From a virus, in the IMG/VR virus record IMGVR_UViG_3300038701_001393, positions 1 to 38,352 of that record: a DNA stretch of 38,352 nt; one strand, written 5' to 3'. Shown one piece after another: positions 33,140-38,352 of this stretch. Made by a program: the position numbers and the translations under genes. Every line of letters begins with the position of its first letter. Positions within the stretch are counted from its first letter, which is position 1. The notes under the pieces were generated by a model, which saw only the letters and a list, made by a program, of their open reading frames with translations, did no database searches and was not told the origin of the DNA.

Positions 33140-33348
33140 GCGTTAAACTCATATGTAATAACTGCCCCATTATTTGGGTCTACTACAGTTAGAATTCCAT
33201 CTTCAAGACTGCCCAGCCACAAGGCATCATTAGCCCTATAGTGCCAAGTTTTAAAATAAGGCGCGTTGCCGTAAATCGGCTTAACCGCTTCTGCAAACTT
33301 ACGGTAGCTCAAACCCGTACTTTCAATTACTTCTAATAATGGCTTCAT
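33136..33348 (-). CDS. First leftward gene, hypothetical (70 aa from ATG 33348)
   Basis: A GGAGGG SD lies 8 nt before ATG 33348 (the track start at 33369 is TTG and contains the SD). GLSYRKFAEAV is weakly HTH-like. Confidence 0.5.
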   Translation of the reverse strand: MKPLLEVIESTGLSYRKFAEAVKPIYGNAPYFKTWHYRANDALWLGSLEDGILTVVDPNNGAVITYEFNA

Positions 33349-33369
33349 TAATTGCCCTCCAATAATCAA

Positions 33370-33411
33370 ATAGTACTTGCATTTCTCGTGTAAAGCAATA
33401 CACTATGTGTA
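33370..33411. promoter_or_regulatory. Divergent control region: candidate back-to-back promoters plus a 13-bp palindrome
   Basis: Leftward: TTGCTT (plus aagcaa 33393..33398)-17 nt-TACTAT (33370..33375). Rightward: TTGCAT (33377..33382)-16 nt-TACACT (33399..33404). The palindrome TACAC-TAT-GTGTA at 33399..33411 overlaps the rightward -10. GTGTAAA is repeated at 33388 and 33407. Confidence 0.3.
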
Positions 33412-33437
33412 AACAATGAAACATTAAGGGACAACAA

Positions 33438-33533
33438 ATGAGCAAATCATTAACACAGAGACAGCTACTATTATCTATAGGTATGAAAGGTAAAGCTTTG
33501 CGATGCACTAGATTTAAGAGGGTTAAGAAATGA
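33438..33533 (+). CDS. Possible basic leader peptide (31 aa)
   Basis: Not in the track. AAGGGA SD 7 nt upstream. MSKSLTQRQLLLSIGMKGKALRCTRFKRVKK. Its stop makes an ATGA overlap with the ATG at 33530. Confidence 0.3.
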   Translation: MSKSLTQRQLLLSIGMKGKALRCTRFKRVKK

Positions 33534-33754
33534 GTCTGCCTTTAGTTTATTTGGAGGAAACCATCAGGCTCAATAAACTAGAAACTGCTGACCAGCTTAT
33601 GAATTACCTAAAGGCAAAAGGTATAGCTAAATGTGAGCTGGTTATAAACACGAGGAATAACAAATGCGATACGTTTACCAAAATAGAGAAGATGAGCAAG
33701 TCATCGGCGGATTCAAATGTGAAAAAGAACAGGAGCAGGACGGCCTACGCTTAA
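33530..33754 (+). CDS. Hypothetical protein (74 aa)
   Basis: AGAGGG SD. The C-terminal 30 codons overlap the next ORF and look low-complexity. Confidence 0.4.
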   Translation: MSLPLVYLEETIRLNKLETADQLMNYLKAKGIAKCELVINTRNNKCDTFTKIEKMSKSSADSNVKKNRSRTAYA

Positions 33755-33873
33755 TAGGACATATGTCCGGGGGAAAGTTTTACTCGATTGAGCGAGGACA
33801 TCGGGTAAGGGCCGTCCAAGATCCTTTTACAAAAGAATGTAGAGATTTATTAAATAAGTGGGGGTGGTCATGA
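33664..33873 (+). CDS. Hypothetical protein (69 aa)
   Basis: GAGGAA SD 8 nt upstream. The sequence looks globular, and its stop makes an ATGA overlap with the next ATG. Confidence 0.45.
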   Translation: MRYVYQNREDEQVIGGFKCEKEQEQDGLRLIGHMSGGKFYSIERGHRVRAVQDPFTKECRDLLNKWGWS

Positions 33874-34004
33874 GTGATTACGAAAGAGGTATATGTGATT
33901 TCGAAAATAATGAGCCCGTTAAAAACGGTATGCCTGAAGATTATTATGAAGGCTTTGCTTATGCCTATGAACGAGCACAACAAGCAGATGCGAGGACATC
34001 ATGA
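33870..34004 (+). CDS. Mini-protein (44 aa)
   Basis: Not in the track. ATGA overlaps at both ends. MSDYERGICDFENNEPVKNGMPEDYYEGFAYAYERAQQADARTS. Confidence 0.4.
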   Translation: MSDYERGICDFENNEPVKNGMPEDYYEGFAYAYERAQQADARTS

Positions 34005-34492
34005 AGTTATATGAAATATCAGAAGAGTTTAAAGAGCTTGAGGCGTTAATTGATAGCGGAGAGCTAACAAAAGAGCAGGCGGCTGATACATTAGACGCAA
34101 TTGAAGTTGAGTTTGAGGAAAAGATTAAAAACTGTTTATTTATACGTCAACAATATCTTGCGGATGCGGCCGCCTATAGTGCGGAGATTGATCGCCTTTC
34201 AGCTCTTAAGAGTGACGCTGAATCTAAAGCCGATAATCTGCTTAACTACGTTAAAATCAACATGCTTAAATTAGGAAAAGATAAGATGAAAGCGGGGGTT
34301 TTCTGGCTAACTCTAAGAAAGCCTACCAAAAAACTTGGAGGGATTGACGAGTCTATTATTCCTGAAAAATACTTCGACGAAGTTCCAGCTACTAAAAAAC
34401 TTAATAAAAGACTTTTGCTGTCAGACGCAAAAAAAACTGACATTGAAGGTGTAAATCTTATAGATAGTGAAAGATCGTTAACAGTTAAATAA
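34001..34492 (+). CDS. Siphovirus Gp157-family protein (recombination-module accessory)
   Basis: 163 aa. MKLYEISEEFKELEALIDSGELTKEQAADTLDAIEVEFEEKIKN... and the C-terminus ..IPEKYF..KKLNKRLLLSDAKK..IEGVNLIDSERSLTVK match the Gp157 pattern as I remember it. Confidence 0.7.
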   Translation: MKLYEISEEFKELEALIDSGELTKEQAADTLDAIEVEFEEKIKNCLFIRQQYLADAAAYSAEIDRLSALKSDAESKADNLLNYVKINMLKLGKDKMKAGVFWLTLRKPTKKLGGIDESIIPEKYFDEVPATKKLNKRLLLSDAKKTDIEGVNLIDSERSLTVK

Positions 34493-34515
34493 ATCAATAT
34501 ATAAAGGTGAAAAAA

Positions 34516-35124
34516 ATGAGCTTAATAGTCAGTCAATCAAATAGTGATTTTAACTTTGAGAAATGTCCCGAAGGCAATCATATTGCTGTGTGCTTTTCAG
34601 TTGTAGACTTGGGGCTTCAAGAGGTTAATTTTCAAGGTGATATTTCCGTAAAAAGAAAGGTGCGCATATCTTGGGAGATTCCGGGGGAGTTAATGAAGGA
34701 AGGGGATTTTGCAGGAAAGCCTTTTTCAATATCAAAGAATTATACGTTATCGTTTCACGAGAAGGCGGTTCTATATAAGGATCTCATTTCTTGGCGAGGT
34801 CGAGCATTTACGACAGAGGAGCTTTCTGGGTTTGATCTATTCACAATACTTGGTGCCCCGTGCATGCTGAATGTACTGCATCAAACATCAGGTGACGGTC
34901 AAAAAGTGTATGCGAACGTCGTTAGTGTTAGTCAGCTTCCAAAAGGAATTGAAAAGCCTATTCCTTTGAATCCTATCAGGAAATTCAGTACTGACTCATA
35001 TACAGATACTGAATATGAAAACCTGGAGGACTGGCTGAAAGAAAAGATAAATTTACCAAACCCTAGTAGCCAGCAGGCGCCACCTCCGACAGAAGATCCA
35101 TTTGACGACGACATCCCATTCTGA
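34516..35124 (+). CDS. Phage ssDNA-binding-type protein (DUF669-like) with a bacterial SSB C-terminal tip, DDDIPF
   Basis: ATG 34516 with an AAGGTG SD (the track start at 34507 is GTG). ..DFNFEKCPEGNHIAVCFSVVDLG..KVRISWEIPGE.. is followed by a Pro/Gln linker and the terminal PFDDDIPF. Confidence 0.6.
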   Translation: MSLIVSQSNSDFNFEKCPEGNHIAVCFSVVDLGLQEVNFQGDISVKRKVRISWEIPGELMKEGDFAGKPFSISKNYTLSFHEKAVLYKDLISWRGRAFTTEELSGFDLFTILGAPCMLNVLHQTSGDGQKVYANVVSVSQLPKGIEKPIPLNPIRKFSTDSYTDTEYENLEDWLKEKINLPNPSSQQAPPPTEDPFDDDIPF

Positions 35125-35199
35125 TCGATGCATACCCTGCTGGCTAGCGATAGCAGTGTTATGTGTAGTTATATTAATTAAATATGTGCCGGGGTTTAT

Positions 35200-35703
35200 A
35201 TGAGAATTGATTGGAGTAAACAGCATTGTGGAGTTCATAGGGCGTCTGGTGATGATCTTTTTTATTACATGCCTGACTTAAAAGATATGGTAATCGAAAC
35301 TTTTCCTGAGAGGGTCAACGACTTTGTGTGGGATGTAAAAGTACACATGCTAATGCCTGGGCAGTATCCATGTATACCAAATTGGCATTATGACAACGTG
35401 CCCAGGGTTAATAATAAGCAAGATTTTGATTTGGTTGACACAAGCAAGCCGATGTATTTGTGGCTTTCAGGGGCACCCTTAACGGAGTTTAGAAAAAATG
35501 GAAAAAGCTGGCATATTAAATCTGGCGAGTGGGTTAAATTTAATCAAACAGATGAGCACCGAGGGACTATAAGTAATGATTTTTGTTGGCGCGGGTTTAT
35601 AAGGGCAACCCATAAAGATGTTTTAGCTCCAAACGAATCCGGCTCTGACTGCCTGAGGCGGCACTCTCAGGTATATTTAGATGCTTCTAATTTTTCATGG
35701 TAG
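35200..35703 (+). CDS. Hypothetical protein; possible minimal cupin / 2OG-Fe(II) oxygenase-like (167 aa)
   Basis: H-x-D in PNWHYDNVPR, a distal His in NQTDEHRGT, and Arg 11 residues later (CWRGFIRAT). This reads as a facial-triad-like pattern only. Confidence 0.3.
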   Translation: MRIDWSKQHCGVHRASGDDLFYYMPDLKDMVIETFPERVNDFVWDVKVHMLMPGQYPCIPNWHYDNVPRVNNKQDFDLVDTSKPMYLWLSGAPLTEFRKNGKSWHIKSGEWVKFNQTDEHRGTISNDFCWRGFIRATHKDVLAPNESGSDCLRRHSQVYLDASNFSW

Positions 35704-35710
35704 GTGATTT

Positions 35711-36064
35711 GTGACAAACCGTATTATTAATTTTATTTTATTTGTTCTCGGTGTTCCTGTGTTCACTATGGTTGTGTGCTCCTATGCGGTAGCTGAAGGG
35801 CCTTTCGCAGGATTAGAGGTAGAAGCATCACACGATAAACACAAATCGATTCTGTGCTACTCAGGAGGCTTTAGTCGTAACTTAACGTATGACACAGAAT
35901 TTAATCTTGGTTATCAGTCTGGTGATTTTTATGCGTTAGTTTTCTATTCAAAGTCTGAGTGTTTTTCCAATGGTAAAAAGAGGGACGATGATAGAGCTAA
36001 ACATGTGAGATCTAGAATTGAAGAGATGGGTGTACGAGTAGGTGTGAGGTTTGATTTATTCTAA
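35711..36064 (+). CDS. Secreted small protein with an outer-membrane beta-signal-like C-terminus (117 aa)
   Basis: GTG start. Signal peptide MTNRIINFILFVLGVPVFTMVVCSYAVA-EG. The mature part has alternating hydrophobic residues and ends in GVRVGVRFDLF, with a terminal Phe. Confidence 0.5.
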   Translation: MTNRIINFILFVLGVPVFTMVVCSYAVAEGPFAGLEVEASHDKHKSILCYSGGFSRNLTYDTEFNLGYQSGDFYALVFYSKSECFSNGKKRDDDRAKHVRSRIEEMGVRVGVRFDLF

Positions 36065-36219
36065 TGAGAGACAGAGTAACGAAAGAGAATTGGTATAAGT
36101 ATGAGCGTGAGATATTAAGGCGTCGTGGTAGTAAGGAATCTTATTTAACGATAGCTAAGGCGCTCAATGTGGGTGAGAATTTTGTAAGAGTGATATGCAG
36201 GGGGAATGGTCTTGTTTGA
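36064..36219 (+). CDS. Small HTH-like protein (51 aa)
   Basis: Not in the track. TAATG overlap with the upstream stop. ..SYLTIAKALNVGENFVRVICRG reads as an HTH. Confidence 0.4.
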   Translation: MRDRVTKENWYKYEREILRRRGSKESYLTIAKALNVGENFVRVICRGNGLV

Positions 36220-36296
36220 CGGTATAGCGTATTTCTTTACGGGAATGTTATTGATTTGGTTTATTGAATGTATGTGGCAATTGGGTAAAACGATAT

Positions 36297-36656
36297 ATGC
36301 AGCGAAGAGCAACAAAAAATACTAGAGGGCCTAACGCAGATGAAAAACGATACGTTACATGGATTAAAGAAGAGAAGCTTACATGTGATGCGTGTGGCCG
36401 ATATGGGCCGCTCATTGGGCACCACTGTGAAGGCGCTACTTTTAAGCATAACAAGGTACTTATTGGGCATTGGTTTATTATTGGTCTATGTCAGTCTTGT
36501 GATGATATTGTCACCCGCGGTTCTCGTCGTGCTTTTCGTCAGATTTTTGGCCCACAAGCTAGAATCTGTTTACAAGCACTTCATGAGTATATGAACCATA
36601 AAGGCAAAGTAGTTCCTTTAGAAGTATTGGATTCAATAAGAGACTGGGATAAATGA
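36297..36656 (+). CDS. Zinc-binding YbcO/DUF1364-like putative nuclease
   Basis: RGPNADEKRYVTWIKEEKLTCDACGRYGPLIGHHCEG...IGLCQSCDD. It lies immediately upstream of rusA, as ybcO does in lambdoid nin regions. The start at ATG 36297 is preferred over 36264. Confidence 0.4.
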   Translation: MQRRATKNTRGPNADEKRYVTWIKEEKLTCDACGRYGPLIGHHCEGATFKHNKVLIGHWFIIGLCQSCDDIVTRGSRRAFRQIFGPQARICLQALHEYMNHKGKVVPLEVLDSIRDWDK

Positions 36657-36985
36657 TAGGCATAAAAATAAAACCTGTAAGTGTTAATGAGGTTTGGCAA
36701 GGTAAGCGATTTAAAACTAAGAAGTATCAAGAATATGAACAGGAGCTTTTATATCTTTTGCCTAACCTAGAGATACCTAATGCAGATCTGTGCATTAATT
36801 TAGAGTGGGGTTTTAGTTCTAAAGCAAGCGATATTGATAACCCTGTTAAGCCGTTTTTGGATGTGCTTCAGAAGAAATATGGCTTTGACGATAAACAGAT
36901 ATATGAGTTAAACATTAAGAAGAAAATATGTAATAAGGGGGCGGAGTACGTCATGTTTAATATAGAGACGTATGTAGTGCAATGA
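36653..36985 (+). CDS. rusA: RusA-family Holliday-junction resolvase
   Basis: 110 aa. DIDNPVKPFLDVLQKKYGFDDKQIYEL matches the RusA D-x-D-N...D-D catalytic signature, and the N-terminus contains PVSVNE. Confidence 0.8.
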   Translation: MIGIKIKPVSVNEVWQGKRFKTKKYQEYEQELLYLLPNLEIPNADLCINLEWGFSSKASDIDNPVKPFLDVLQKKYGFDDKQIYELNIKKKICNKGAEYVMFNIETYVVQ

Positions 36986-37146
36986 AGATAATAGATCTAA
37001 AACTTCCTAGAACTGGAAAGGTTCTACGTAAGACCCCGTTAAATAGTTACTACGTTCAGTGGCATTTTGGCGAGACTGACTTTCTTACTGCGCTACATAG
37101 GAAAGAGAAGTTCTATGGACAACCTAGATATAGGGTAGTTAAGTGA
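36982..37146 (+). CDS. Mini-protein (54 aa)
   Basis: Not in the track. ATGA overlap with the rusA stop, and its own stop overlaps the next GTG start. MKIIDLKLPRTGKVLRKTPLNSYYVQWHFGETDFLTALHRKEKFYGQPRYRVVK. Confidence 0.4.
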   Translation: MKIIDLKLPRTGKVLRKTPLNSYYVQWHFGETDFLTALHRKEKFYGQPRYRVVK

Positions 37147-37439
37147 ATTACACAAATCAACAGAGAAAAGCGCTTCACCTTTGGTGCAGACAATGTGAAA
37201 GGGTTTTAAATAAAGCGGGTCTATTTCGTAATGGCGTATTGGATTACCGAAAGCAGTATAAGTGGGGTGAAGGTGATTTTAAGTATTACGTCTACAAGCC
37301 GTTCTTAGATTCGTATGCGGGAAAGAAATCCACAGAAGATCAGAGCAGTATTGATCCATCGGATGTGTATCTAGCGCTTTCTGGCCACTTCCAGAGTGAA
37401 CACGGGGTTCAGCTTCCAGAGTGGCCTTCTATTCGTTAG
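37143..37439 (+). CDS. Hypothetical protein, weakly NinB/Orf-like (98 aa)
   Basis: NQQRKALHLWCRQCERVL resembles the DQNRKLWACLGDV segment of lambda NinB. It is the last gene of the rightward arm. Confidence 0.35.
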   Translation: MNYTNQQRKALHLWCRQCERVLNKAGLFRNGVLDYRKQYKWGEGDFKYYVYKPFLDSYAGKKSTEDQSSIDPSDVYLALSGHFQSEHGVQLPEWPSIR

Positions 37440-37472
37440 TCCTATTAACTCCAATCAGAGGAAGGGGAATAT

Positions 37473-38352
37473 TTAAATTTCACACCATCTACCAAATGAA
37501 TTTTCGTATTTAAGCTTCATGACGTAAGGAACGACCGTGGGAGTAAAGTTAGCAGCAGCCTTTAAAAGGATGGTGCCAGTCCCGCCAGCATTATGCTGAA
37601 TGGTTGTATTTAGGTTTGTGAAAACTAATTCAATTTCCTGTCCAGGATAAGATGCATTTATGTTTGTAATTGTAGTAGCTCCAGTATGTGCCATTACATG
37701 CGCAGAATCGCCAAAAAATGCATCAAATATTGAAGCGCCGGGATTTCCCGCTTCCTCCAAGTAAGACTGCATAGTGGTGGACCCACCATTGATCCAGTTA
37801 CATTCTGAAACTCTAATGTCTGCGTAGCTAACCTGAGTTCCGCTAGGCTCGATCACTGAAAAATCAGTTGAGTTGCCAACACCGGAATTGTACCAAGGAA
37901 ATCTAGCCCCAAACACTTTACATATAACTGCGTTATTACTTATAAGCTGTATCTTCGGCTCTGCAGTACTTGTGGTTCCATTTGTTCCATAAGATCCACC
38001 CATAACCATTAACTGACCAGACAGTCTAAACCTTATTGCGCGACCATCGGAGTTTAAGTTTTCGCTTGAATAGCGGTTATTCTTTAAAACCACGCTCGAG
38101 CTTGTATTATGCTGATCGGTTACAAAAAATCTTACCGAGTTCTCAGAGCTGATATTCTGAATATCGTATCCATTAGAGTTGCCTCCAGTTAGATAATAGT
38201 CGGATATTAAATGTCCGCCACACGCCCCACCATCAGCAATAAAAGACGCCGCTTGGCCACTAGTGCTTGATGTGGCATAAACGCCATAAGCGCCAAGAGG
38301 TGCAGTTTCGGCTGCATTCAGTCCATTAAAGTTAGGATTTCTAATATAATTG
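37473..38352 (-). CDS. Tailspike, C-terminal part (same gene as 1..1257; 38226..38352 duplicates 1..127)
   Basis: The frame of the track ORF 37473..38093 stays open upstream to the window end (I read 38094..38351 with no stop). It is in phase with 1..1257 through the repeat. ...ACGGHLISDYYLTGGNSNGYDIQNISSENSVRFFVTDQHNTSSSVVLKNNRYSS... Confidence 0.8.
   Translation of the reverse strand, partial: NYIRNPNFNGLNAAETAPLGAYGVYATSSTSGQAASFIADGGACGGHLISDYYLTGGNSNGYDIQNISSENSVRFFVTDQHNTSSSVVLKNNRYSSENLNSDGRAIRFRLSGQLMVMGGSYGTNGTTSTAEPKIQLISNNAVICKVFGARFPWYNSGVGNSTDFSVIEPSGTQVSYADIRVSECNWINGGSTTMQSYLEEAGNPGASIFDAFFGDSAHVMAHTGATTITNINASYPGQEIELVFTNLNTTIQHNAGGTGTILLKAAANFTPTVVPYVMKLKYENSFGRWCEI
38226..38352. 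repeat. Second copy of the 127-bp terminal overlap
   Basis: Identical to 1..127. Confidence 0.95.

Noticed and set aside
37440-37472. Expected bidirectional terminator in the convergent gap between the rightward arm and the tailspike gene.
   Set aside because: I could not draw a convincing GC stem or U-tract on either strand in these 33 nt. Termination here may be Rho-dependent or may occur inside the opposing gene.

Overview
The window is a complete, circularly closed dsDNA tailed-phage genome. Positions 1..127 are identical to 38226..38352, so the unique length is 38,225 bp, and one gene (a beta-helix tailspike) runs across the window ends.

Genome layout:
- About 87% of the genome is read on the minus strand, from about 33350 down through position 1 to 37473.
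- A short rightward arm (33438..37439) is read on the plus strand from a divergent control region at about 33370..33437.

Modules on the minus strand, in transcription order:
- A lysis-like cassette: a small YkuD-motif/DUF5675-like protein, a 3-TM holin-like protein and a lipoprotein.
- Two units of tiny genes, each behind a duplicated terminator-promoter cassette.
- An HNH-AP2 homing endonuclease preceded by a MITE-like element.
- An RHH initiator-like and a P-like replication pair.
- A circularly permuted metallophosphoesterase.
- A late unit: signal-peptide mini-gene, TM/coiled-coil protein, 1224-aa S/T-rich giant protein, small proteins, TerS-like, TerL, portal, scaffold and major capsid protein (MCP).
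- After a leaky terminator: a TPR-glycosyltransferase, a GT8-like glycosyltransferase and a SAM methyltransferase embedded in the structural operon.
- Adaptor, P22 gp10-like hub, needle-slot protein, two unknown proteins, three ejection-type proteins (one with a peptidase-S74 chaperone domain) and the tailspike.

The plus arm carries Gp157, an SSB-like protein ending in DDDIPF, a possible small 2OG/cupin protein, a secreted outer-membrane-signal protein, a YbcO-like protein, RusA and a NinB-like protein.

I see no integrase, CI-type repressor, DNA or RNA polymerase, tRNA or CRISPR array.

Many real genes fall below the 60-aa ORF-track cut-off. I called them from ATGA/TAATG start-stop coupling, SD sequences and CxxC pairs.

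All functional calls come from motifs read by eye and remembered family signatures. No searches were run.
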